A DNA stretch of 64,000 nt. Origin: a virus (lineage: Duplodnaviria > Caudoviricetes). The position numbers were made by a program, and so were the translations under genes. The stretch is taken from positions 5,057 through 69,056 of IMG/VR virus record IMGVR_UViG_3300014205_000219; one strand, given 5' to 3'. Shown piece after piece: positions 54,546 through 63,544 of the stretch (its first letter is position 1; the number at the start of each line of letters is the position of its first letter). Under the pieces are notes generated by a model. The model was not told where the DNA came from, did no database searches, and was given only the letters and a program-made list of their open reading frames with translations.

Positions 54546-57500
54546 TAAAATGTTTGGATAAAATAAAAGGATTCTCTCAAAAGGAAACTGATAATCTTAT
54601 TGCAAGTAGTGATAAGTATAAGAAAGAGGGAATGAGTGATGTTGATGCTGATACAAAGGCAGTGATGGATTTATACGCTTCGTTACAGGAAGAGATTAAT
54701 AAGCTAAAAACCAAATCTGATAAACAGGAAAGTGTAAAGAAAACTGTTTCAGTTAAACCTGAGCTTGTAAAAGAAGCTCCTAAAACTACCTCCGTTGAAT
54801 CTAAGTCTCGTGAAGTAAAGGATGTAGAAATTAATCAGGTTGAAAAAAACGCACTTATAAGTGAAGGGTATGATAATTCAACTATTAATAAAGCAGTAAA
54901 AGAAGCCAACGAACTTCGTAGGTTACCGGCAAAAGAATTATTTAAAGTACTTAATGAAAAAGGGGTATTTAATCTTGGCAAAGGCGATACGAATGTGGAG
55001 CGTCCTGATATTGGACTTGCAAGTTCTGAGTATAACAATACACTTTCTCAATTAGAAAAAAGTAAAGACACTAAAACTATTGAGAAGTTAATGAATTTTA
55101 TTGAAGACATCAAGGAAACTGGTGTTATAAAAACTATTCGTGGAACGGGCGGAAAGACTGAAAGATTTTCAGCTCCATTACATAGATCATTACTTGAAAA
55201 GTCTAATCCTGATCGCGGGCTTACAGAGATAGAAGAAAAAGAGAAACTTGCCGAAGAAGAAACAAGACTTGCTTATGAATCTCAATTGGAGGACGCTGCT
55301 CAATATCAAAAGGTATCAGATAAGGCTGGAAATATATCTAAGGCGGTTGATAGGATTAAGAAAGTGATGCCGAAAGTGAATGTAGTGATGGATAACACTA
55401 TTAAAGGAGCAGGACAAGTGAAAGGTAATACGCTCTCTATTAACCCAGATTATGCAGGATTTGACACTCCTATTCACGAGGCAGGACATATATTAATTGA
55501 TTCTATTGGGTATAGTAATAAAGTGATACAGGCGGCAATAGCTCAACTTAAAACAACTCCACTGTGGGAAGAAACTAAAAAGCTATACTCCGATCTTAAC
55601 GAAGAAATGTTAGGTAAAGAAGTATTAGCAGAGGCTATTGGAAGAGAGGGTGCAGGAATATTCGATAAAGAAGTTGATAAAACACGTTTTAAAGCTCTTT
55701 TAGACTACATCTTTAATAAGCTGAAGCAATTGTTTGGCGTGGATAAAAACATTGCTAAAAGCCTAGCTAAACAGATTATAGGCGGTATTAAAACCAAAGA
55801 ACTTGTAGGTAAGAATGAAACGGTGCAGGAGGCAAGAAAAAGAGAAATAAGCGAAGATGAAGCTGCTCTTAATGAATTATACGAAGTATTTAAAAATACC
55901 CCCGACTTATCTAAGTTTAAATATGAAGACCTTTTAGATGCTTACAACATCATTATCACTTCTACCGACATCCCACAGGGGAAAGAGAATAAAATTAAGA
56001 ATGAAATACTTAAACGTATAGGTATGAATTTCTTTCAACGTTCTATGGATAAGGCCAGAAACGACCCTAAATTCTCAGAAGAAAAAGCTATTAAAAAAGA
56101 TATTGGCTGGTTTGATAAACAGTTTAAAGTACTATCTCACTTTAGTAATGCTTTCCCCGAAATGAAAGGGCTTAGTGATTTATGGCAAACTGCTTACTTT
56201 GATAAAATTAAGGCTTCCCGTGAAAAGAAAAATCTTAATGAGAAACTGGCGGTTGAAGTAATTAAAGACAGAAATGATCGGCTTGGAATTGTTCAACGAG
56301 GTAAAGAGTTTATCCAGCAATTATTAGGTAACCAAAACTACAAATACTTTGACTACTTAGATAACGGAAAAGGCGGTCTTATAACAGTATCGGAGGCAAA
56401 TCAAAAGGGATATACTAAAGCCCAAATTGATTATTTAAAGTTTGTACGAGAAGAAATTGGTGAAAGAAAAAACCTTATAGCTTCCGAATCGTATGATGTG
56501 GCTATGGATGTTCTTAGAACTGATAAAAGGTTTTATGAGAACTTTCAAACTGAAAATTCTGTGGCCGCAGTAAGCAGTTTGCTCGGTAACACCCATAACA
56601 TTAATAAGGTTCGTATTAAATTTACTAATCCATTAACCGGAAAAGAAGAAATATCTGAATATGAAAACATAGAGAAGATACTTACAAAGTATGGCGAGAA
56701 AGGTGTTAAAGAGAAATTTAAAGCATTACTCGCCATTGGTAAATACAATTACAGAGCGCGTAAACAATTAAAAGAAAGCGTAAGCGTAGACGAAAAAGGT
56801 GAATCTAATGTGCTTAATGTTATTCGTAAAGGTGAATATTCGCTGGATGAAAACGGACAATTAAAAAGTAAATTTGATAGACCGCGCGAAGAAACAAGGG
56901 CTTACTCCAAAGACTTTTATACTGCCATGCAGGAATTTATTGACGATACCCAGCATATAAAGCATATTAGCCCTTTAATCCCTATAATCAATGCAATAGA
57001 TTACATTAACAAGAATGGTGCCTATGAATTTGATGAAGATGGTAACAGGGTAATAAAGCATGGTAAAAAAGATAATGTATCTGAATGGCTAAAAGAATGG
57101 ACTAATCTTCACGTTATTAAACGCCCTAATGAAACTGACCCTGCTTTAGACTTAGGATTAAGGTTTTTAAGGAACTGGGCTAGTTTATCCACTATGATGT
57201 TTAATACCCCTGCTCAGTTTATGAACATGGCTATTGGTAATTATAACAATTGGCGTAAGGATAATTCTAAAACATGGGCTAAGGGACAGGCAAGGTTATT
57301 TGGCGGAGGTAAACGTAAAGTAACTAAAGATTATGCTTATGGACTTGTTAACCCTTATGCTATTGATATTGCTCGTAAATATGGTGCTGTAAGTACTGAT
57401 GTGGATTCTAATCCTATTTCTACTGCCGGAGGAATAATGGCTAAACTTGGATTTTTAGGTACTAAATGGGGGGAATTTCAAATACAGGCTTCGGGTATGC

Positions 57501-58195
57501 TTGGCAAATTATCTGATGAAGATTATAACAGCTTTGAATACAAGAAGAATAAATTTGGAGTGGATGAATTAGTTGTTAAAGATGAAATTCAAGGAGAAAA
57601 AAGAAAGGCTTTAGAGAAGCGTATTTTGGATGCTATTGACGAAGTGTCGGACGTTCAGGGTAAATATTCAGACAAGGATAAAATGAATATTATGAACAAC
57701 GAACTTGGTAAGTCGATCATGCAGTACAAAGTTTGGATGCCCGCTTGGTACAGAACAAGGTTTGGTGAGGAGGGTAGTTTTACAACTATGGTGAATGGCG
57801 GAATAAAAGAAATAAGAGATCAGATTAAAGACGAAGGGTTTATGAAGACTTTAGCTTCAGGTAATGATACTAAAGCGGTAAAGGACTTTAAAAGCAACAT
57901 AAAAGGACTTATGGTGACAGCTCTTCTTATGTCTTTTGTTTATTCGGACGATGAAGATAAAAAGAAATCACTAGCGGCTAAAACAGCACAAAAGGCTTTA
58001 TCTGACGTTTTATTCATATTCGACCCTAACAACCTTAAATTTACAATAAGCCGTCCTATTGCCTCTGTGAGTAAAATAAACGATCTTTTAGACGCTGTAA
58101 CTAAATTAAATGAGATAGACTCTAAAGATGTTGTTAAACTACTGCCGGGCAAAAAGGTGGCAGATGCAGTGGAATACTTAACAGAAGAAGATTAA
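54533..58195 (+). CDS. Large cargo protein with zincin-like HExxH module
   Basis: 1220 aa; DTPIHEAGH...EVLAEAIG; C-terminal MQYKVWMP motif. Confidence 0.65.
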   Translation: MGSIIKCLDKIKGFSQKETDNLIASSDKYKKEGMSDVDADTKAVMDLYASLQEEINKLKTKSDKQESVKKTVSVKPELVKEAPKTTSVESKSREVKDVEINQVEKNALISEGYDNSTINKAVKEANELRRLPAKELFKVLNEKGVFNLGKGDTNVERPDIGLASSEYNNTLSQLEKSKDTKTIEKLMNFIEDIKETGVIKTIRGTGGKTERFSAPLHRSLLEKSNPDRGLTEIEEKEKLAEEETRLAYESQLEDAAQYQKVSDKAGNISKAVDRIKKVMPKVNVVMDNTIKGAGQVKGNTLSINPDYAGFDTPIHEAGHILIDSIGYSNKVIQAAIAQLKTTPLWEETKKLYSDLNEEMLGKEVLAEAIGREGAGIFDKEVDKTRFKALLDYIFNKLKQLFGVDKNIAKSLAKQIIGGIKTKELVGKNETVQEARKREISEDEAALNELYEVFKNTPDLSKFKYEDLLDAYNIIITSTDIPQGKENKIKNEILKRIGMNFFQRSMDKARNDPKFSEEKAIKKDIGWFDKQFKVLSHFSNAFPEMKGLSDLWQTAYFDKIKASREKKNLNEKLAVEVIKDRNDRLGIVQRGKEFIQQLLGNQNYKYFDYLDNGKGGLITVSEANQKGYTKAQIDYLKFVREEIGERKNLIASESYDVAMDVLRTDKRFYENFQTENSVAAVSSLLGNTHNINKVRIKFTNPLTGKEEISEYENIEKILTKYGEKGVKEKFKALLAIGKYNYRARKQLKESVSVDEKGESNVLNVIRKGEYSLDENGQLKSKFDRPREETRAYSKDFYTAMQEFIDDTQHIKHISPLIPIINAIDYINKNGAYEFDEDGNRVIKHGKKDNVSEWLKEWTNLHVIKRPNETDPALDLGLRFLRNWASLSTMMFNTPAQFMNMAIGNYNNWRKDNSKTWAKGQARLFGGGKRKVTKDYAYGLVNPYAIDIARKYGAVSTDVDSNPISTAGGIMAKLGFLGTKWGEFQIQASGMLGKLSDEDYNSFEYKKNKFGVDELVVKDEIQGEKRKALEKRILDAIDEVSDVQGKYSDKDKMNIMNNELGKSIMQYKVWMPAWYRTRFGEEGSFTTMVNGGIKEIRDQIKDEGFMKTLASGNDTKAVKDFKSNIKGLMVTALLMSFVYSDDEDKKKSLAAKTAQKALSDVLFIFDPNNLKFTISRPIASVSKINDLLDAVTKLNEIDSKDVVKLLPGKKVADAVEYLTEED

Positions 58196-58415
58196 AATGT
58201 TAAATAACGAAGAATAGTTGTTTTTTACTATTTCTTATTGTAAATTTATAAAAAAATTCCATGAACGGCTATTTATACATAATTTTGATTATATTTATTT
58301 CTAATATAATTCCAAGTTATGTTAAATATGCTTTGGTAGTGCGAGGGGGTAAGGTTAGCAATAGTGCAAAGCCACCACTAAACAAAAAAAGCCAATTTTC
58401 GTGTGGTAATCAAAT

Positions 58416-58622
58416 TTGACAGAATATAAGGAAGAAAACTCTAGCCCTCAATCTGAGGAGGTTCTTTTAAAAAATAAAGAGCTTTATAAAGAATTGATTA
58501 AAAGAGGATTTTATACTCAATTTATTGGTCATAACGATGAGATACATTATATCATCGTTTCAAATGTAGCTCCTAAATTCCAGATTTCTTTGGAAGAAGC
58601 CGCAGACATTTCCAATCTTTAG
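58416..58622 (+). CDS. Hypothetical protein
   Basis: ORF track. Confidence 0.45.
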   Translation: MTEYKEENSSPQSEEVLLKNKELYKELIKRGFYTQFIGHNDEIHYIIVSNVAPKFQISLEEAADISNL

Positions 58623-58764
58623 TATCACTTTTTAGATTATTATTCCTCCAGTTTAAAGGTTGTAGGTTTTCAATGTTACTGCGTCCTCCGTTAGCAAGCG
58701 CTAAAATATGATCTATTTCCCAACCAGTTATTGAATCTCTATCTCCGTATTTTTTAAATTCCAT
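58573..58764 (-). pseudogene. HNH endonuclease C-terminal fragment
   Basis: YG...GWEIDHI....GG...IENLQPLNW.NN..K motif; upstream frame closed by TAA, with a YPPKYLK remnant in another frame. Confidence 0.6.
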
Positions 58765-58845
58765 TAAAGTTCCACGTTTCTTTTAAATATTTTGGAGGAT
58801 ATGTTACTCAGTTCTGGGTAAGGGGTATATCAAATTCGTTTAAAG

Positions 58846-59055
58846 CTATTTCTGCGGTCGCTTTAGTAGTAACTTCAATTTGTGCAATATATATATCAAA
58901 TAATCAATACACAATCGAAAAGCAAAATATAATCCAAAAAGGAATAGAATTAAAAAAAGAAGAAGCGCTAATCCAGCAAAAAAATAATATAGATTCACTA
59001 GAACGCTTAATAATTGATCTTCGTTTAAACCAAAAATTGTCAAATGATACTTCAT
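58846..59055 (-). CDS. Small membrane protein
   Basis: Long hydrophobic stretch. Confidence 0.45.
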   Translation of the reverse strand: MKYHLTIFGLNEDQLLSVLVNLYYFFAGLALLLFLILFLFGLYFAFRLCIDYLIYILHKLKLLLKRPQK

Positions 59056-59239
59056 TAGTAAGAATAGTTAAGCGTAAATAACTTGTTCTTAGTCTTTCCG
59101 AAGGAAAGGATTGAACTGGACGATAATTGTATTATATAGGATATTAGTTTCATTTTATTGTTTGTAAATATAGTAAGTTTAACGGATTAAAAATAATAAG
59201 GTTGCATTTTTAACAAAAGAATTTTATTATATTTATACC

Positions 59240-59746
59240 ATGAAAAAACCAGTTAAATTAACAAAAGAGATAGTGGTACTACTCACACCTCGTATAGCGG
59301 ACGAATGGACGGCTTTTGCTTTTTACAGAGATGCTTCTAATTACCTGCAAGGAATAGGGTTTATGAAAGCAGCTAAGTACTTTGCCGCCGAATCCACTGA
59401 CGAATTAACCCATGCTAAAGGTTTAGAATCTTATTTAGTTGACTGGAACGTTCACCCTGAACTCCCTGCATTAGAAGCCCAAGACAACTCATTTGACGGC
59501 ATTATGGACGTTATTGAAAAGGCTTATGAAATCGAATATCGCTTATATGAGAGCTATGAGAAAACTACTATGGATGTGTTTAACAAAGGAGATGTATGCA
59601 CTTTCTTCTTTTTACAGACATACAATGACATTCAGCGCAAATCAGTGGCAGAATACAGTGATATGATGAATTTATGTGAAGGCGTGGACACTGAGTCAAA
59701 ACTTGAAATGTTATTATTAGAGGACAAATTATTTGGACAGGGATAA
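59240..59746 (+). CDS. Ferritin-like protein
   Basis: DEW.A...Y; AAESTDELTHA (ExxH-type); AYEIE; IQ...EY ferroxidase-like residues. Confidence 0.85.
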   Translation: MKKPVKLTKEIVVLLTPRIADEWTAFAFYRDASNYLQGIGFMKAAKYFAAESTDELTHAKGLESYLVDWNVHPELPALEAQDNSFDGIMDVIEKAYEIEYRLYESYEKTTMDVFNKGDVCTFFFLQTYNDIQRKSVAEYSDMMNLCEGVDTESKLEMLLLEDKLFGQG

Positions 59747-59780
59747 TAATAATTTATATATTTACTAAAACTTAATTACG

Positions 59781-60458
59781 ATGGCCGTTTCCCCTCCCGA
59801 CTTAACGATAGAATTAACCAAATCAGCAGCTTGTGATACGCTTTATTTAGCTGACGTAACGGGTGTGGTTGGAGTTAATAATAACACTACCGGATATGGT
59901 ATTTCGGGCGGTCCAACTGTAAATAATGTAACTCAGGTGGTAGTAGTTCTCACTTACAATTCATTAAATACATACATTACCTACGACTTTACTATTTTAA
60001 ATGGTGTTATTACCGGTTGTGAGCTGTCAATAGAGGCTGGAACTCCGGCGCTAATTACAGGTAATTTAACCTCTACTGTATGGCCTTTTGCCTCTACCTT
60101 ACCTTTTAATTTATTTGGAGATTATGGAGTGGTTATACCATCTTTTGTAGATGATATTTATACCTGCACTTATACTATTAGCGGGGCAACGTCCACCCCT
60201 GAGAACTTTGAATTTGAAACAGAAGAATCGCTGCCTGTAATATGTGCGGTGCAATTGTGTGTTAATCAAAAATTCGCAGGGCTTGACTGGAATTGTGAAT
60301 TCGCTTCTGAAAAAGCTAAACAAGCATTACTTATTCAAACATACATAAGTCAAGTGGCAGCTTCAATGGCACTGGATGATCTTACAAGTGCTAAAGCTGC
60401 ATTACTTAATGCTCAAAATCTATGTGATACTGCCGCAGGAGGGTGTGGTTGCTCGTGA
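59781..60458 (+). CDS. Conserved structural protein
   Basis: T/S/V-rich with Cys-rich C-terminus ending GGCGC, as in crAss-like tail-associated genes. Confidence 0.55.
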   Translation: MAVSPPDLTIELTKSAACDTLYLADVTGVVGVNNNTTGYGISGGPTVNNVTQVVVVLTYNSLNTYITYDFTILNGVITGCELSIEAGTPALITGNLTSTVWPFASTLPFNLFGDYGVVIPSFVDDIYTCTYTISGATSTPENFEFETEESLPVICAVQLCVNQKFAGLDWNCEFASEKAKQALLIQTYISQVAASMALDDLTSAKAALLNAQNLCDTAAGGCGCS

Positions 60459-60838
60459 TTGTAGCCGATCAAATATTAGTGTCATTGTTTAATTCAAACA
60501 ACTATTCTCAAACTCTCTTTAACGAAATTAATATAAAGAGAAATCAGGGAGAGGATGTTTGTGAATTAGAGTGGAAATACATTCTTTTAAACCAATGGAT
60601 AAGAATCATTACTGACTTCTATAATACTAATTTTGACACAGAAGGACAGATTGTTACCCCTGCTTATGAGACGATAGCACTTGCTCAGGCACAACAAATC
60701 ATTTCTCAGATTAAAATCGCTGTGGGGGCAAATAAATACCCTTTAACTAACATATTTCAATTGGGTATATGGATTGAATCACTTAACTTCTATTGGGACG
60801 ATAGAAATTTATGGTTAGATCAACCTGGACTTTCATAA
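60443..60838 (+). CDS. Hypothetical structural protein
   Basis: ORF track. Confidence 0.55.
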   Translation: MWLLVIVADQILVSLFNSNNYSQTLFNEINIKRNQGEDVCELEWKYILLNQWIRIITDFYNTNFDTEGQIVTPAYETIALAQAQQIISQIKIAVGANKYPLTNIFQLGIWIESLNFYWDDRNLWLDQPGLS

Positions 60839-60857
60839 ACTTTTAAAACAAAATACG

Positions 60858-61352
60858 ATGCTTTTAAGTATAATAACAAACAGACTTGACTTAGATGTTC
60901 ACAGAGGATTAATAAATGACTGTATCACTCAGGTAAACACTAATACCACCGACATCGCTGCGGCACAAGTGGATATTGCTCAGAATACTTCTGATATTTC
61001 TAATTTAGATACATCTAAGCAGGATGCAACTGCCGTGTCTACACTGAGAGATGGTTATGATAATACGGAAACAGGCAATTACACTTTAAAAAGCACTGAT
61101 AAAAATATAATCTACGACATTACAAATGTAGGGGCTACTGTGTTTAATTTACCGGCCTCTGGAACCATCCCTTTATTTTTAGTGGGTGATAAGGTGATTG
61201 TAGTGAATAATGAATCAAGTGGCGGAAATATTGTTTTAACTCCAACTGGAGGCTCTACTTTACAAGTAGGTAATTTATCGGCCACGCTTATCCCAGGCGA
61301 TAGTGCTTATGTTATAAGAACTGGTACAAATAGGTATAAAAGAATCTTCTAA
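60858..61352 (+). CDS. Short fibre-like protein
   Basis: Coiled coil (DIAAAQVDIAQN) plus ATVFNLPA...VGD.V.VVN beta-domain. Confidence 0.6.
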   Translation: MLLSIITNRLDLDVHRGLINDCITQVNTNTTDIAAAQVDIAQNTSDISNLDTSKQDATAVSTLRDGYDNTETGNYTLKSTDKNIIYDITNVGATVFNLPASGTIPLFLVGDKVIVVNNESSGGNIVLTPTGGSTLQVGNLSATLIPGDSAYVIRTGTNRYKRIF

Positions 61353-61353
61353 T

Positions 61354-61383
61354 AAAAAAAGCCCAGTATTTCTACTGAGCCTT
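61354..61383 (-). terminator. Terminator between convergent genes (GAAA tetraloop)
   Basis: GGCTCAGTA GAAA TACTGGGCT plus T7 on minus strand. Confidence 0.8.
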
Positions 61384-61405
61384 ATCGCCGGGTTTTTGTT
61401 TAGAA

Positions 61406-61669
61406 TCAATCTTTCCAAGTAATTGCTTTAACCGCCCACATTTGAGCTGCCTGAATTTCTGTAATAGCAATAGAACATAATCTTTTTTGTTCTTGACTTT
61501 CCGTCCGACTTCTTATGCCGTTCATTTGGTCAATTAAATTAGCGCTTTGCATTTTACATCGGTTCACATCTTGATCTCCTGATGGATTAAAATTAATTCC
61601 AACTGCTTTCATTCCAAAAGTAGCTGATTCTTGTTGCGGCGGATGCTGCGTTTCATCTTGTGTATTCAT
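61406..61669 (-). CDS. Acb2/Tad1-hairpin-like protein (candidate signalling-nucleotide sponge)
   Basis: VGINFNPSG...A.LID...R..SIA.TEIQ.AQMWAVKAIT; resembles Tad1 R..A.ALT..EEA.MW helix. Confidence 0.55.
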   Translation of the reverse strand: MNTQDETQHPPQQESATFGMKAVGINFNPSGDQDVNRCKMQSANLIDQMNGIRSRTESQEQKRLCSIAITEIQAAQMWAVKAITWKD

Positions 61670-61699
61670 GTTTGTTTTTTTTTGGTTACTATCTATTGT

Positions 61700-62473
61700 T
61701 TAATTTAATAATCTACTTGCGGTTCTTTTATACCCACTTTTTGTAAACGGTTCTATGAAAATTATTTCATAATTTTGCCTACCAGCTCCGCATGGCTGAA
61801 TCCTAAAGTGTCCCCTAACGCCAAAACTCTCAGTTCTTATGGTTGTTGTGTTCCATTTGCTTGTAACTAAGGTAACCGGAAAATCGAAGTCATTACTAAT
61901 CTTACCCGTTTTTCTTGTTCCGTAAACTTTTTTAGAGTTAATAACCTCTTCGTTGTTTTCTGTTAAATAGAAAAAACAAAGAAATTTATACACAAACTCC
62001 TCTAAGTCTTTTACGTCTGAATGATTAAAATGATCACATAATTCACCGGTATTCCTATCAAAATAAAACATTATCCAATACATTTGACCGTCATTATCAG
62101 AACCCTTACTAAAAGTAAACTTCATGTGACAAAACCAAATAGTGCTTTCAGAAACAATCATTCTTAATAGTGTGTTGTTTTGGAATATGAATGTAACTTT
62201 TTGTTCTGATAAGTTTTTAAAAACATCCCAATTATAGTGGTCTGATTTTTTATTTACCTTTAACATATCAAGATGTTTTATAACAGAGTCTGAAACTATA
62301 TACGGTTTATTTTTTGAATTATTAATACAATAATACAGATTTGTAGCTCCATCTGAAACAGACTTTTTCTCATCAAAATCATTGTATATGTTTGGGTATT
62401 GAGACTCAAGCATCTCAAACCAAAGTTTATCGTCGGTTAAGAATCTATACGCTATGTGATTTTTTAAAACCAT
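61700..62473 (-). CDS. Conserved phage protein with VRGHFR.Q.CG motif
   Basis: C-terminal VRGHFRIQPCGAGRQ...IFIEPF. Confidence 0.65.
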   Translation of the reverse strand: MVLKNHIAYRFLTDDKLWFEMLESQYPNIYNDFDEKKSVSDGATNLYYCINNSKNKPYIVSDSVIKHLDMLKVNKKSDHYNWDVFKNLSEQKVTFIFQNNTLLRMIVSESTIWFCHMKFTFSKGSDNDGQMYWIMFYFDRNTGELCDHFNHSDVKDLEEFVYKFLCFFYLTENNEEVINSKKVYGTRKTGKISNDFDFPVTLVTSKWNTTTIRTESFGVRGHFRIQPCGAGRQNYEIIFIEPFTKSGYKRTASRLLN

Positions 62474-62515
62474 TTTTTATAATTTAAACGTAATTTGTAA
62501 AATAAGGTTTCATAA

Positions 62516-63079
62516 TTATTTCATTTTTTTTACCTTACCCTTAGTTTTATCTTTTTGTTTATCCATCTCATTCTGTTCGTGCCTGTAAACATTATCAAGG
62601 GTTTTTTGTTGTAGTGGTATTTTCTTTTCTCTGCGTAATTGACTTGGAGGCTTAACACCATTGTCAACAATAGTGGATTCATCAGGCATATAGAATAAGA
62701 TTGAATATTCATCCATTGCTAAGTATTCTTTTCCTTTATGAATAAACTTAGTCCCATTGTTTGATATAGCAGAGGAGTATTGTATTTTTAAGCCCACCCG
62801 CGGGTCATTTGAACATTTAGGTCCCACTGACATAATAATCCCCTCACAGGTGTCCTGAGTGTTGTTTCCAGTGGAGCCAAATAGTTTTTGACTTCCACCA
62901 CCTTCGAGATCAACAAGTGTTTCAAATACCTTTGGTTTTATAAGTTGTTTTACTAATACACCATTTTGCGCCGGAATAGGGATTCCTTCCACTGGTTTGT
63001 ATTCAGAATGTGGTTTTAGGTTTCTAAGCCTTTCAGCGGCTATTTGTGCGTCACTTAGCGGTTGTTCTTCTTGTTTCAT
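62516..63079 (-). CDS. GroES/Cpn10-like co-chaperonin with extensions
   Basis: P..NGVLV...G.IMSVGP....VG.KI.Y....G......G.EYL.M.E..IL. Confidence 0.75.
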   Translation of the reverse strand: MKQEEQPLSDAQIAAERLRNLKPHSEYKPVEGIPIPAQNGVLVKQLIKPKVFETLVDLEGGGSQKLFGSTGNNTQDTCEGIIMSVGPKCSNDPRVGLKIQYSSAISNNGTKFIHKGKEYLAMDEYSILFYMPDESTIVDNGVKPPSQLRREKKIPLQQKTLDNVYRHEQNEMDKQKDKTKGKVKKMK

Positions 63080-63148
63080 ATATTTGGTTTTTATTTCAAT
63101 TCTGTGATATTCTGAGAATAATTTATTTCCTTACAATTCTGTAATGGA

Positions 63149-63544
63149 TTACTTCTTTAATGTTTTGTATATTTCTTTTAATTCGGCTTCAAGGCGGAAC
63201 ATTTTCTCCCATTCAGGTTTTGATTTAAGCTCTTCCCGCGAGCCAAAATCCCACAGTCTATGACATTCGTCAGACAGAAGTACAATGTTACGCGGGTCTG
63301 TTTTCATAAGGGGATATTTATTGAGGGCTTTCGGCAGAACATGAGCAAATGATGTAGCTGTTAATTGCCATAACTTAATACCACTCACAAAACAATACCA
63401 TTCCCTTGTTTCTGCTATCTCTGTGAATGTGTCAACTTGTTTGGTATCTTTCTTCTTGTATTTGATACGAGTTCTTTTTAAAGGCTTCTTTTCCTTCTTA
63501 GGGGGCATCCCTTCTTTAAAATAAGACTTAAATTCTTTAGGCAT
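63149..63544 (-). CDS. NinG/HNH-like nuclease
   Basis: YCFVSG...AHVLPK...RNIVLL..ECHRLWD. Confidence 0.7.
   Translation of the reverse strand: MPKEFKSYFKEGMPPKKEKKPLKRTRIKYKKKDTKQVDTFTEIAETREWYCFVSGIKLWQLTATSFAHVLPKALNKYPLMKTDPRNIVLLSDECHRLWDFGSREELKSKPEWEKMFRLEAELKEIYKTLKK

Noticed and set aside
15144-58195. Genome-wide TAG-to-Gln reassignment (code 15)
   Set aside because: ORFs of 700-1470 aa contain no internal TAG, and TAG at 49755 and 38204 behaves like a normal stop.
58330-58385. c-di-GMP-I riboswitch suggested by GCAA/TGCAAAGCC in a GC-richer spacer
   Set aside because: Required P1/P2 architecture and GNRA tetraloop/receptor not found; only a weak hairpin.
1561-60323. Numerous antisense or overlapping ORFs in the track (e.g. 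1561-1743, 17612-17842, 27604-28041, 46395-46889, 14642-14824, 48694-48882)
   Set aside because: They are shadows of well-supported genes, with no motifs or start context.
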